From assembly GCF_009914755.1 (NCBI RefSeq), contig NC_060934.1: 64,000 nucleotides of DNA; one strand, given 5' to 3'. Positions 1 to 15,724 of the stretch are shown one piece after another. Made by a program: the position numbers and the translations under genes. This DNA comes from the human T2T-CHM13v2.0 reference genome, Homo sapiens. Numbering within the stretch: position 1 is the stretch's first letter; every line of letters starts with the position of its first letter. The notes beneath the pieces were generated by a model that made no database searches, was not told the origin of the DNA, and saw nothing but the letters and a program-made list of their open reading frames with translations.

Positions 1-999
1 AAGGAAAATCTGATTTGGTAACTTGCTTTGCACAACCAAATCCTCTTGCTATTTAATTCATTCCCATTTTTTGATCAGCTAAAGCAGCGACTAAGCAATG
101 TAGTGTCCAGACTGATTCATAGCTAGAAAGCAGGCCAAGAAAAAATCACATTGGATATAGAGGTCAGCGGGGTGGAGAAGGGTCTGTTTGCTCCACATTG
201 TTGGTTCGTGCATATAAATGGGGTCCTCTCTTTTCAGGATGTGTTCCTTGCAGACTTAGAAACTCATATAGAATAAATGACGTGTCAAGCATATCCTCTC
301 AGGGTTGGCACATGGTAAAATTCGGAAACCCAGGAAAGTTTTCAATTTCTATCTCTGCATATTCTCTTTTCTCCACTCCCCTGCCTCCTATCACATCCCC
401 ACTCTAGGCCCTTGGGACTCAGAATATAGTATTAGTCAACTTACAACCAATGAGAATAGTTTGATTTTCTCATTAGCGTTAAGGGCCAACAAGAGTAGAG
501 ATGGGCCATGCCTTAAGACGTGCAGTTGTTGCAGATTCAGGCCTGTGGTGCCGGAAAGAGAGCGCAGGAGCCGACTCCATGCTATGGGTTTGCAGCCAAG
601 CTCCCTGTGCTCGGAGGTGGTCGACTCCTGCTTTGGGATTTGCCTTGTGGTTGACGTTATGGTCTGTCTGAGGTGCTCTGTGATCAATAGCTAGACTATT
701 TTTAGCTGGAGGTATTTTTACCGTTTCATATTCCTCTGAAGAGGTTCATAAATCAGTCATGTAAAGTGAAATTTAAATAAGTTGGTAGAGCTTCGCCTTT
801 GGGAGGAGAAGCTGATGTTAAAGTGTTTAAGAATAGAAGAGAGGCATCAGTTTTAGATCCCACCCCCTACTCCTGTAGGAGGTACCCGTAGGTTACTCAT
901 TGGTTTTATGCCCCAGTACTTGTCTGGAAAAAGGAAAAAAGAAACTTAAGGATCTCTGTGTTGGTTAATGATTTTCGAGTAGAGATATAGTTGCACATT

Positions 1000-1385
1000 T
1001 CATGCATTCAGCAGAAATGCATTAATCCTGTATTGTGTGCTGGGCTCAGGTTAGGTACAGGGGGTACTTGCAGACAGTGAAGGAGCACACAAGGTCCCTG
1101 AACTCACTGATTTTATGGTCAAATGGGGAAATGGCACACTGGTTCATTGTGATGTGCATGGTGATAAGGTACAAACTTCTGTGGAAAACACAGTAGGCCA
1201 TGTCATGTACACCTGGGCATGTGTCTGAGAATACTCCCTGGCAAGAGAGTCTGAGGTTAGAGGAATAGTTAATTGATAATTAATTGTGGGGGCTTGGGAA
1301 GAGGAGGAGGAATGACCCTGGCAGAGGGAACAGCATATCCAAAAGTAAGTGTGGCTCAGTGCAAAAATGAAGGAAGTTAAAATAG
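1000..1385 (-). mobile_element. L2 LINE 3' fragment
   Basis: catgcattcagcagaaatgcattaa...gtgctgggc...cagtgaa...aaggtccctg resembles the reverse complement of the L2 3' end. Confidence 0.6.
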
Positions 1386-2279
1386 ACATAAGAAATGGTT
1401 TGTTGATAGTAGATTATAATACATGATAGGATCAACGTGTTGTCACTCATTAAAATGCATAGTTCAATGCCTGTGCAAAATTGCAGTGAGCACCACAGTG
1501 CGTGAACGCATATTTCCATTACTCTCTGCACATGCTTCTAGGGTGTATTGGTCACATGATAGCATGTCTTTGATTTTTCTGAATTAACCTGTCTTTAACC
1601 CATCTCAGAAGAAGTAACTGAGAGGATTCCATCTGTAAAAAATGAAATAATATTATCTATTTTTCAGACCATATGGTCATCCTGTAAATTAATGAACGCA
1701 TGTGTGAATGGATATAACTGAAGGTTTGGCTCTCTGGAAAGGGCTTTTTCCCTCATTGCTCCTCTTCTACTGTGTTGGTTTCTGGATACCTATCCATCTG
1801 ACAGATTTCCAGATCTGGAAATCATTCTGCATAATAATGAGCTTCAAGGTCAGTTTCTTATATTGTACTGGTATTTTTTTTTTTAGTGTCAAATATTGCT
1901 TTAAATAAGCATGTTTTCTACTGAAGCCTAAAACCTCTGATTTAATAATATTTGGCCTTTTTTTTTTTTTTAAATAAAGAAGAAGTCGAAGATGGGGCCG
2001 GAAGTGGCTTAGAACCAGTTAAATTTCCCCAACACTGGTCTGCACCCACACCCTGATTGAGTTTCACTCAGGTTGGCCCTTATCTTCTCATCTGGCCTTC
2101 CAGCTTTCACACTGTATTCTGAGTCACAGGGTTGAGAACCAGAAATAAAACCACACAAGTCTTCTACTGTTCTGTCCGATAGCATCATATTATTCTTCTT
2201 CTTAGTCACTTTTAACTAGCTTTGTAATTACGTGTTTATTTCGGTATTTCCTTCTTTCATTGTTTGACTCTCTCACTAC

Positions 2280-2695
2280 ATGTATCCATTATATGCTAAC
2301 GTAAATAACATATTTTTATGAAAAATAACTGTTTTCCCAAAAATAATTTAGTGAAAAGAGCGGTATTGTTTTAAAAGTTTATGTGTGGCTTCATAGAAGG
2401 CAGCTGGACTTTGGTAGTTCCACATTCAGTCTGTTGCAAATTTGTTGTTTTGGTTGAAACAGATGAAGAAAATCTAGTCTCCCACAGATACATAGTAGGA
2501 AATGGAGGGGTATTTTAATAGCCTTCTCAGATAATCATGGATATTTTGCTTTGATGCTGTGCCAAATGTGACAGTTGGTAGTTTCTTAAAGAGTCATTGC
2601 AATGTGGGATCTGAAACCATATCAGTGAACATTTTGTACTTTCTTACGTTGAAATCTATTGGTCTGTCTTGCACTTTGAATGGATATTTTATTGT
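2280..2695. mobile_element. Charlie1-family hAT DNA transposon fragment
   Basis: ggtagtttcttaaa...gcaatgtgggatctgaaaccatatcagtgaac...ttggtctgtcttgcactttgaatggat matches the recalled Charlie1 consensus. Confidence 0.75.
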
Positions 2696-4559
2696 TTGGA
2701 GTGTAATTATGAAAGAGGTTACAAATGCAATGTGTTTAACCCCTTTTCTTTTCCATTCAGAAAAACCCCAAGATTCTTTGGGGAAATAAGAGGTGGTTCT
2801 GGATATTCATCCAGACTGAACAGGATGTGAATGAACGGTGGATCTGAGATGTACACACATGATATTCCACAATTAGTCACTTGGTTTTGATCCCTTTTTC
2901 ATCTAACAAAGATACCCTACACAATCTCAGTATGATGAACTTCTCCAGTCTTTCTCTTGTGTTTAACCTGTCTTTTAAAACAAAATCATAGGATACCATC
3001 AAGCTTGTTTTAACTGTTTTTTTCCACCCTAGTTGATGTAATACATCTACAAACTGAAATTAGGTTAGCAGTTTGTGCCAGGTTGGTTGAAAAATACAGA
3101 AGGTATTAACTTCTCAGCTTCAGGGCACAAGATAATTGGTTGAGAGAAGTTAGAAAAAAGATCCTTCTTTTCTGTGACATGGCATAACATTCCAGGAGCG
3201 TATTAAAATTAATATTAAAAATTAATATCAGCATTAATATTAATTTTTAAAAGTTTCATGTAGAAACAGTGGCAAAATATGTGATTGAAAAATACAGCCA
3301 CAATCATAAAAGGTGTTGCATTCAAATTTGTTCTCTTGCTTTTGTGATGCTAATCCCCTGAGATTAAGCCATCAAATGTTGCTGTCTTCGCATATGCTAG
3401 ACTGTATAGCATGAAAGCCCTGGAATGGTAAATGTGCACAGAGATAAATGACAGGAAAAAAATATACTGGATATTGACAGTAGTTGCTTCTGAGTGGTGG
3501 GATTTTGGGTCATTTTTAGTTTCTTCCTTGTCCTTTATAAACATTAATTACAACAAATACTTATTCAATATTGTGTGTCAAACACAAATGTGTTGAGTGC
3601 TGGACTTAGAACAGAGAACAAAAGCTGATTCTGTCCCTGCCCAGTTGAATCCTCCAAAAGGTCAATTTTTATATTTTCCTTAATATATGTGAACCATTTC
3701 CATAATAAGATGTAGGAAATATTGACCGAAATGAATTTTTAAAAATGGTACTTTTTTTTTTAACTTTTGGTTGTTTGCCCTGTAAGTACAGTTTGGAGAC
3801 AGTTGCATCATTCAGTTATCCTAAATATCTCCCAGGAAATCTCTACAACAGGCTTGTAGAAATTTGGATTCTCAGACTCCAAATGAATTGAAGCCTTAAT
3901 GTTGGAAATAAGAAGTAGTAACCATTTTCCTGTGGTGTATTTCCAGAATACTCCATCCCAAAGGACCTAAACCATAAGCAAGAACCATGAAAGGGCTGGG
4001 GATGCATTCACATGGTCCCGCCACTCGTTTGCTGCTAGTTAAAGTTTGTGGCTCATGTAGGAAGCAGATCAAAGTGAATGACGGTAGAGCTTAAAAATTG
4101 GCTTGTGTTCATGGCCTGAATAATGAAGACCTTGAAAAGTACACATCTTCTATTGAGGGCTAATATGGAAACATCTGGAAATAAACTTGAAACTTGACGA
4201 TGAAAAAAATTCTTTTCCAGAAGGACTCTTATTTCTTGTGTGTGGATATTTCTTAGCTACTGAAAGATGATGGAATTATTATGGAATTAGGGTTTATGTT
4301 TGATCCTGGTTGGGAAACTAGAAAAAACAGGGGCTGGTATCACTAGCATTTCTTTGAGTGAATCATTATTAGAGCCAGCCTGTTGTCTGTTTTTATACAT
4401 ATGTAATTCCCAAAGTTTTGTAAGGATGTGTGATTCTATAGGAAGTGTCAGAAAAGTTTCAGTATGGCCATGTGTGGCGTAATGTATTTGTGAGAGAAAA
4501 ATCATGACTAATTGTAAAAGTGGCACACTGACTATTAGTACAGAAGAAAAGAGCTGGAG

Positions 4560-4995
4560 GTCACTACCAGCTATTTTGCAAAGATCTTATGTAAAACTCT
4601 GACTTCCTGAGCTAGACTTCCCTGAAGTTCTACTCCCAAGAGAATTACAGAGCTCAGTGGAAAATAAAGATCAAGTGGAGGTTGAGAAGATGTAGAGAAG
4701 CCAATGAATTTAATTAACTGTCTAGAACAACTGAATGAGGTTGGATTAACAAAAATTAGCATTCACGAATCAAAATTGAAAGAGCCTGAAAGGACAGAAA
4801 GTAGAGTCTTTAGAATCTTGTGTAAGTTGAACATGGCAAAAACAGTGAGAGGCCATTCCTTGAAGACTGAGAGAGATTTTGGAGACATGTAAAGGAAATA
4901 CTACCCAACGGACAGTAAAATTATGGAACTCATTAGCTCCCCTGGGACTTGCAGAACATACAAGGGTGATGACTAAAAGGATATTCATGGCTTCT
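4560..4995 (+). mobile_element. Ancient CR1-clade LINE, ORF2 C-terminal relic
   Basis: Translated blocks KDQVEVEKM*R, VFRIL, VRGHSLK and RKYY..QRTVKLWNSL are collinear with the CR1 ORF2 tail motifs KDIEELEKVQRRA, VYKI, TRGHSLKL and RKYFFTQRVVNLWNSL. Confidence 0.7.
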
Positions 4996-5029
4996 TATTA
5001 AGTGAAGACAATAGGGTAGAGAGAACTCT

Positions 5030-5320
5030 GGCAATATACACCTATTCATAGTGGTGATTACTGGGTCCTTGGCCTAGGAAAGAGGGTTGGAGAGAGGGGA
5101 ATTGAGAGTTGAGAGCAAGGTAGGAAAAGAAGGAAAACCGTGTATGTGTGCTTGGGTGGGTGTGTTTGGGGATGAGTTTGATGTTCATGAGGATGGCTAC
5201 CAAGATAATGGTGGTGGTCTCAGGATAATGGAGTTTCAGGTGATCTTTCCTTTTTTATATTTCTAATGGGTTATTTGAATTTTTTAAATAAAGAGCTTAT
5301 TTATAAATCAGAAAAAAATA
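5030..5320 (+). mobile_element. Old L1M (L1ME-like) 3' end fragment
   Basis: atagtggtgattactggg...ggagtttcaggtgatctttcc...ttataaatcagaaaaaaata resembles an old L1ME 3' end. Confidence 0.45.
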
Positions 5321-5679
5321 CTATTTTCATATTTCCATTAAAAATGAAAGCCAAATATAAGATGGTAATAAAGTTATTAGAATTTTTCTGGATTTGTAAT
5401 CTACTTGTGAATTATGTAGATAAAGGAGTAGTTGAAGTATTTTGCTCAGCTTCTTAGGGGAGGGCAACCCATGCATTGCTTCTCTTATGTCAGCATTAGA
5501 ATAGTTTTCCCGGTGGTCTTTGGGTTGACCTCGTGGTAGCTGTATGGGCTGTTTTGTTCTAAGCTCTAAGCTAAAAAATATACTGTTGGACAAGATGACT
5601 CATTTGATGTGCTGTTTTGGTGCTCAGCTCGGCCTCTTGCTCCTATACTTTCTCTCCCTGTAGAGTTTTCTCTCCCAAT

Positions 5680-6197
5680 CGCCAGACTTTAAAAATCCAA
5701 GTCAGAGCTTGTCTTAAAAGCAATACATCCAATGGTTTCCCATCTCATTTGTAATAAAACCAGAAGTCTCACAGTGACCTGTGAGGTCCTACCTGGCTCC
5801 CTCCTCCATGTAGACCCCCTTGCTGTACCTCAGACCCATCTGCTGTCCCTGGTTTGCTCTTCCTAAACACCTGCATGGCTTCTTCCACAGGTCTCTGTTC
5901 AAATGTCACCCCATTCAAAAGGTCGTTTCTAACTTTGCTTTTTAAAATATTATTCACTCCTTTCCTTCCTCTGTCACTGTCCCCTTGCACCCAGTTTCAA
6001 TTTTCTTAGCACTTATGACCATCTGACATATATTTATTTGTTTGTTTTATAGTGACTATCTTCCTCTATTAAAATACAGTCTGTAAATGTAATCACAAAG
6101 AGGTGATTACCTCTCTCGTCATTGCCATGGAGTACTGCCTAGGGTGTTAACTGACAAATAGTAGGCACTCAATAAATATGTGTTGAATGAGTGAATT
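5680..6197 (+). mobile_element. L2 (L2a-like) 3' end
   Basis: gttcaaatgtcacc, tttcttagcacttat..ccatctgacata and the terminal gtaggcactcaataaatatgtgttgaatgagtgaat. Confidence 0.85.
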
Positions 6198-6244
6198 CCT
6201 TGCCTTATATTTCCATTTTGTGTTCTGACATTTTTGCCTTGCAG

Positions 6245-6425
6245 AGAAGTTGTCACATTCAACCATTTCCTGGAAGCGGCAGCTGAGAAGGAGGTTCAAG
6301 GGAAAGCCCGGCTCCAGGACTTTATTGAGAATCTGTTACAGCGGGTAGAACTGGCGGAGAAGCAGCTTGAGTACTATCAGAGCCAGCAGGCCTCTGGCTT
6401 TGTCCGTGATCTCAGCGGGCACGTG
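6245..6425 (+). CDS. ZNF365: ZNF365 internal coding exon (181 bp), predicted coiled-coil segment
   Basis: Branch-like ctgac (6225-6229), pyrimidine tract and ttgcag| acceptor ending 6244; donor |gtgagt at 6426. Reads EVVTFNHFLEAAAEKEVQGKARLQDFIENLLQRVELAEKQLEYYQSQQASGFVRDLSGHV, recognised as ZNF365. Ends in phase 0. Confidence 0.95.
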
Positions 6426-9060
6426 GTGAGTCACCCCGGGCCAGCCACCGAGTGTAAGGTCCCTGTGGTTGGTGAGAATGGGCTGAGGACAGAGAAAAGG
6501 GAGCTGGGTGACTTGCAGGGACTCTCTAGACATCATTTGAGAGCACTGCCTGGGCCATGCCTGTATTGTGGAAATGTTACTGGGGAGTCCAGGACGCCTG
6601 GAAGTAAGGTAAATGCTGCATGTGCCGTTTTCAGTCGCTCTTCACCCTCCCACTCCACATCATGCTGAGTTGGTAGAAATATATATATTTTAAATTTGTA
6701 AAATAGAAGAGTTTGAAGTATCCAAAGAAATCATTCATTTCAATTTTGATGTTCAAGTAGCTCAGAAGTTATTATCATGTTTTGGAGGTCTCCAAGAGAA
6801 TCTTACGAAATTCAGTAAAGTAAGATCAAACCACATACACATTTTTTTCCTTAATGGGGGGCAAGCACTGTTCAACAGTCTCTATAGGTTAAAATTCTTC
6901 ATATAGATTTTCAAAAAGACTGAAAGATTCACAAGTGATAGTTCTAGGGTAGATTCCTGCATACAGTTTTGCATATAGTTTCAGGAGTTTAAGAAACGCC
7001 TAAAGCCCAGATGAGATCCCTGGATGTGGATAAAGATCCAGGTTCTCATAGGGGGCTTGATCAGGATTCCCTTGGTCTCGTTGGAGGGCGGAGGGAGGTA
7101 CAAATAACCATACTCTAGGTCGATGGGGGGCGGGGGTGGGTGGTCATATTTGCCCTGTCTACGGTTTCCTACAACAAAACCAAGGAAATATTTTGGATAC
7201 CCCAAAGCGGTTTATTTATAACATTTTCATTACTTATTGAACTTTATTTATGCTTACCTCCTTCCTAGCAGATTTAAAAATAGTTTTGTTTTTTTTTTTT
7301 TACTGCTTCCACCCCCGCAGCAAATGGGCTCTATTATAAGGAAAAGAAAATAGGCAACATTTATGCCGATCAAAAGATTAGCAAGGTTGCTATTGGTTGA
7401 TTTAAAAGTTTACTTAGAGCTTTCTGGAAGCCAGGGTGAAAAGGCAACATGATTAAATAAGAAAACTAATTGTCCAGATGAAGGAATGAAATGAAAGGCA
7501 GGTGGATAAAAGAAGGAACAGCAGAGAGGAAGGGAGGAAGGACGGAAAGAAATGAAGAAATCCTACATGGTGATTGTTGTAATCATGTACACTTGGCCTT
7601 AGCGCAGCTCAGTGATATAAGCCCCAGAACTTTCCAGAACAAAAAGAGACTGGAAGGAAGTGTGTTACATCTGTGAGGTTTCAGGTGCTATATTCAAAGA
7701 AGTCTCATCCATGTAACATATTTATTATTTTCTGGGTGGATGTCTGTGGTCTTCTACGTAAAATGCTTCTGAGGGGGAAGTCACACCACACTTTGATCCC
7801 TCTCCATCTCCTCCTTGGGAAACCATGAGCGTGTCCAGCCTTGACTAGCTGTGGCTGGAGGGACTATCTGAGCCTCTTTCTGCCGTCTTCTTTCATCCTG
7901 CCCTCTTAAGAGAGGGTTGGGGCATGAGGTTATGGTGCCCAGATGTGAGGTGAAAAGGCCTGAAAATGCCTGGCTTCCGGTTTATTCTTACTCTGCTTCT
8001 GACTGGGCAAGATAGTTAGTCTTCCTGGGCCTATATTTCTTCTGTAAAATGAAGGGGTTGGATTCAGTGCTTTCCAGGTTGTTTTGGCCTCTTAACTTGT
8101 GTGAGCATCACCTGACTTTGATGGTTAGGAATTCTAAAATTAAAATGTAACATTGACACTTTCATATTTAGAATTATAAGTCATCCAGAGCTAAGAAATG
8201 TATGAAATCTTCCGATACTCAGCCAAGAGGAATCTCAAAGAGAGAAAACAATGGAAGGCAAGGAGGAAGTAAGGAAGCCCATTCATTCTCTCTTTTAAAA
8301 TTGTTTTTGCTCACCTTTTTTGCTTAGTTTATTTTTTTGGCTTGAACGTTGAACATTTTTTAAAGAGACATAGCCAGTCATTATTTCTCATCATGCCAAA
8401 TAATGTAATCAAAAGTTGGGTAGCATTTTGGCTCTTCTAGTTAGATATGTACATGCAAAATTATATCCAGTTGTGTCGCTTTACAATGTGACACATTCTG
8501 AGAAATGTGTGGTTGGGCAATTTTGTCATTGTATGAACATCATAGAGTGTATTTACACAAACCTACATGGTATAGCCCACCACATGCCTAGGGTATATGG
8601 TATATGGCCTGTTACTCCCAGGCTATAAACCTGTACAGCATGTTACTGTACTGACTACTGTAGGTGATTGGAACACAATGATAAGTATTTATGTATCTAA
8701 ACAGATAGAGAAGAAGAGAAGGTACAGTAAAAATATGATATTTAAAAAAGGTAAGAAATAGTATAGCTGTATAGGGCATTTACCATGAATGGAGCTTGCC
8801 GGATTGGAATTTGCTCTGGGTGAGTCAGTGAGTGTCTGGTGAGTGAATGTGACATTACTGTACACTACTGTAGACTTTATGAACACTGTACACTTAGGCT
8901 ACACTAAATTTGTTTAAAACTTTTCTCTCAATAATAAATTAACCTTAGCTTACTATAACTTTTTTACCTTATAGACTTTTAAATTATTTTTTAACCTTTT
9001 GACTCTTTTGTAATAACAGCTTAAAACACAAACATTATATAGAAGTACAATAATATTTTC

Positions 9061-10847
<1,787 letters not shown>

Positions 10848-11404
10848 CTATTTTTACATTTTTTAATTTTTCTGTTAAGCTTTTTTTTTTTTGGTTAAAA
10901 TCTAAGACACAAATACACACAGAGCCAGGATTATCAATATTCCTGTTCACATCTTTTCCCACTGGAAGGTCTTCAGAGGCTATAGTGCGTACTGAGCTGT
11001 CATCTCCTATGGTCACAACACCTTCTTTTGGAATACTTCCTGAAGGACCTGCCTGAGGCTGTTTTACAGATAACATTTTATTTTTATAGAACAGGTACAG
11101 TCTAAAATAGAAAGATTAAAAGTATAGTATAGTAAATACACAAACCGGTAGCCTAGTCGTTTATTGTCATTATCAAGTATTATGCTCTGTACATGATTAT
11201 ATGTGCTATACTTCTATGTGACTGGCAGCACAGTAGATTTGTTTACACCAGCATCACCACAAACAATTCATTGTGCTACAACATTATAACAGCTATGGTG
11301 TCACTTGGTGATAGGAACTTTTCAGCTTTGTTATAATGTTATGGGAACACCCTCGTATATGCAGTCTGTCGTTGACTGAAACATTGTTTTTTAGTACATG
11401 ACTG

Positions 11405-11510
11405 TGTATATGTGTGTGCCACACACAAATGTACATATACATGTACATGCATGCATATACACACATAAATACATGCACAAAAATGTACACATCCATATAT
11501 ACATACACAA
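11405..11510. repeat. CA/TA-rich low-complexity tract
   Basis: tgtatatgtgtgtgccacacacaaatgtacatatacatgtacatgcatgcatatacacac... Confidence 0.7.
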
Positions 11511-11909
11511 ATGGTGGGAAATTAATAAATATTTATGTTTGTACCTTCTGTATTCCAAATATGATATGATCAACCTTCATGGACTTGCTCTACTGAAGGA
11601 AAAATTGACTAATTCCAATAAAGTACAGTTAGAATATAGCAAGAAATTTACAGACGAGAGCTGTGTATGAGTGGGGCATGATCAGGCTGTGGTGAGGGAA
11701 CTGTATGAGGGTTGGAGGGAGGATACGTTGCCCTAGGAAGACCAAGAATGAGGTATGTGATTTCTGAAAGGATTAGGCAGATGTGGTTTCCCCTTGTTTC
11801 CTTGTATAGTACTCGAAATTCTGCTTTGAACCATAGTCAGACACATTATGACACAGTCTGCAGACCCTGTAGACCATTTTTCCTTATAACAGTGTGTTTC
11901 ATTGTCATA

Positions 11910-12145
11910 CAGGTTGAGTATACTTTATCCGAAATGCTTGGGACCAGAAATGTTTCAGATTTTAGATTTTTTTAGAATTTGAAATACTTGCATTCAGCTT
12001 ACTGGTTCAGCATTCCTAATCCAAAATCAGAAATCCAAAATGCTCCAGTGTGAGTATCTCCCTGGAGGGTCATGTTGGCTCTCAAAAAGTTTCACATTTT
12101 GGAGCTTTCGGATTTTGGGTGTTTGGGTTAGGGATATTCAGGCTG
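11910..12145 (+). mobile_element. Tigger4a (MER46A-type) MITE
   Basis: ta|caggttgagtat..ttatccgaaatgcttgggaccagaa ... ttagggatattcaggctg terminal inverted repeats. Confidence 0.85.
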
Positions 12146-12932
12146 CGGTAGTTAGCACTATGTAAAATTATATTCATTTGTTTAATCAGTAATTGTGTCC
12201 CCCTCCTCACTGAGAGCAGTTTCCTCAGTACCAGTAAGTTCTGCACCCCAGTAAATATGTGTTAAATGAATTACTGCTAGTCCTGATTTAGCAACCTGCA
12301 GGACATAAATGCAACACTTAAAATAAGATTATCCAAACTGTTCCATGACCTTCCATTTGAGCAGTTGTGTGAGTGATTTTGACAGATGGGATAGTAGGTC
12401 ACTTTGTGTCTAATTCGGCACCATTTTTCAGAGCATAAAGATAAAATATCTGAGTAAGCATATTATATTTTTAGAAATCAGCCAGGTGAACAAGAACATA
12501 AATGCTCAAGGGAATTGAGGGAAAGATACAGATGCCAAAACATTATTTCAGCAAAGACACTAAATGGAAGGGGAAGGAAATTTTTCCATAGCACAGAAGA
12601 TTCTTTAATGCTATAAGTCACCTTAGAAACAAGCAACTTACATATCAATCTAGGAATTTCACTGCTCTCTAGAGGTGGTAATGAGAAAAAGAGGGAAGAG
12701 AAGAGAGGGAGGGAACTAAGGTGGTTATAAGAAGGGAGATGAGGATCTACACTGCTTTTGTAGTGCAGCCTTAGTGGAGAGAGTGAGATCCGGGCTGGGG
12801 ATGGTATTCCTCATTGTTCTAAAGGAGGGAGCTCAGGTATGCAAGCAAGAGGGAGAGAGTGGGGAGTAGAGTCAGAATCTTCTGCTTATTCTGCAGTGCA
12901 CTGGGGCAAGAAGCTGTCCTCGGTGTGGCTGA

Positions 12933-13704
<772 letters not shown>

Positions 13705-14109
13705 TACTTAGGTTGGCTTTTAGTACAAGGCTATTTATATTTTTCCAATCTGGGACCTTGATCAAAGGCTCTTTTGATCCTCATCTTAACATCCTCCTCT
13801 CCCTAATCAAAAAGAAGACAAAAGTGTTGGACTAGGAGAAAATGGAAGTAGGTAGATGGACTAAGTGGGAAAAGCTTTTCCATCTGCCTGACGCCAAAGG
13901 GGCCAGGAGGAACAGTGGCCTCTTGTGTTCATGGGGGGAGCAGAGGAAATTCTGTGGTGGCTGTGATGATAAGCCCTGGCCTCCACCCCAAACCTCATCA
14001 TTTATAGGATCTTTGGAGGAATTCTAGTCCAGCCATTGATTCCACTTAATTTATTGTGTACATACTTCTTTGTTCTTATATGTATGTACATGAACACATA
14101 GTTTTTAAG

Positions 14110-14292
14110 AATACAGTACAGAGTGAAGGCTTGCTCAGGCTTGGAGTCTGCTAACTTGGATTTGAAGCCCAGCCCGAACACTGGTAAAGCACTGAGGCTT
14201 CAAATCAGTTACTTAACTCTGCTGCCTTAGCTTCCGTATCTCTAAAATTGGAATGATGATGCTTACCTCCTAGGGCTGCTGTGAGGGTTAAT
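14110..14292 (+). mobile_element. MIR SINE
   Basis: Core agttacttaactctgctgccttagcttccgtatctctaaaattggaatgatgatgcttacctcctagggctgctgtgagggttaa. Confidence 0.8.
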
Positions 14293-15724
14293 TCTGCCTG
14301 TTCTGTGGTCAGTTTTTGATCTGGTGTGTGACATCTAGACATGCACAATTTATAGTACCTTTATATGTGTGAGCTTCATGACCCATCTTTACTCATCTTT
14401 ATCATGCATTTCCCTCTTGGTAAGACACAGTAAAGTCCTTTCATATCTTGAGGTCCCAGCAGGGCCCATTAGTGACATTCATAGTCACTAAGGTTGGAGT
14501 TCTAAAAACATTTTTGAAATCAGAGATCACTTTGAATATGTGATAACACTGTTAGTCTTTTTCTCAGGGACAGAAACATACACACACATGTATTTGTTCT
14601 CTCTCTCTCTCTCTCAATTTTGCATAAAATTCCAAAGAGCAGTATGTATACAAATGTATGCAACAAATCATTAAACTGCCACTTACATACATACAAACGG
14701 TAAAGTGAACACATTTTGTTATGCTCTAATAATTAAAAAAACAATAAGGAGAAAAGATTTAAAGGAAGAAAATCCTTGTTTATTTTTACAATTTATACAT
14801 TGACTGAAGTTCACTGAAGGAGCCCAGCTGAGAAATACTTATTGGTGATGGTGGGATAGAGAAAGTTGATGCCAGTGCCTTTGGTTCCCCAGAAGCTACC
14901 AGCCTGGCGTTTGCCGGAGCCATCTGTCCCACCTTCTTTGTATGTTGCATAATCTTTGGGACCTCATGTGATAACGGTGCCTTTTTCTGTTACACTTTAC
15001 TAATCTGAAGCCAAACCTAGCCTGCATGAGCAGGCTCAAAATATTGCTGAGTTCTGATTGTGTCAAAAGACAGAACACAAGAATCCTATCTTGTCTCCTC
15101 ATGACCTGAGCCTCCTTTTTTTTTTTAAGGAACTTCCTTTGCGGCTTGCTGCAGACAGAAGAATGCAGGCAGTGATCCTGTTAGGCTGAGCTTGGGTTTT
15201 CAGATCATTTTAGTACAGCAGGGACATATATCTTGGCCACACTGGCCCAAATACCAAGGTGGCCTTTTCTCCATATTTTATTTGTCGTTTCTCTTCTTCT
15301 GTTGGTCTGCCTGCTAATGTGACACCACTTATTCTAGTGAAAACTACATGAGGAAGATCAGGATCAGGGGGATGGAAATACACTGCCTATACACTGGATG
15401 GTGACATCTCTATCACAAAATGATAATTATCAATTTATTCTGCAGATGAGAATATTCCAAGCCCAGCCACAAAAGTGCATGCAGATATTTTATTGCATGA
15501 GTTATTAGGAGTGGGAAATCATCTCAATGATAGACAGCCTCAGGGACATTTGTGGGGTTGTTCTTCATATTCTCTCATTTTAGGAATGATGTATTATAGG
15601 CAAGAAACCTTTTATGTCAGTGTTCCCCTTAGTTGATACATTGTGACTGGCCACAGCTATAGATTAGCTGCAAATACAGCCTGAATCAATCAAGAAATCA
15701 TGGCAGATCATTTCAAGTTTTCAA

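Noticed and set aside
305-694. 129-aa ORF and mildly CpG-rich patch at ~500-660
   Set aside because: No recognisable domain or splice structure; too short and CpG-poor for an island. A regulatory role cannot be judged from sequence.
2731-2760. Strong-looking acceptor (tttaac...cttttcttttccattcag)
   Set aside because: No convincing donor downstream; such pseudo-acceptors are common in long introns.
6426-6668. ORF 6234-6668 continues ~80 codons past the exon into the intron
   Set aside because: A consensus donor (gtgagt) lies at 6426 and the extension resembles no protein I know; nothing in the sequence supports an intron-retained product.
7083-7143. G-rich tract as a possible G-quadruplex or SP1 site
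   Set aside because: Only three closely spaced runs of three or more G, so it does not meet the canonical four-run pattern.
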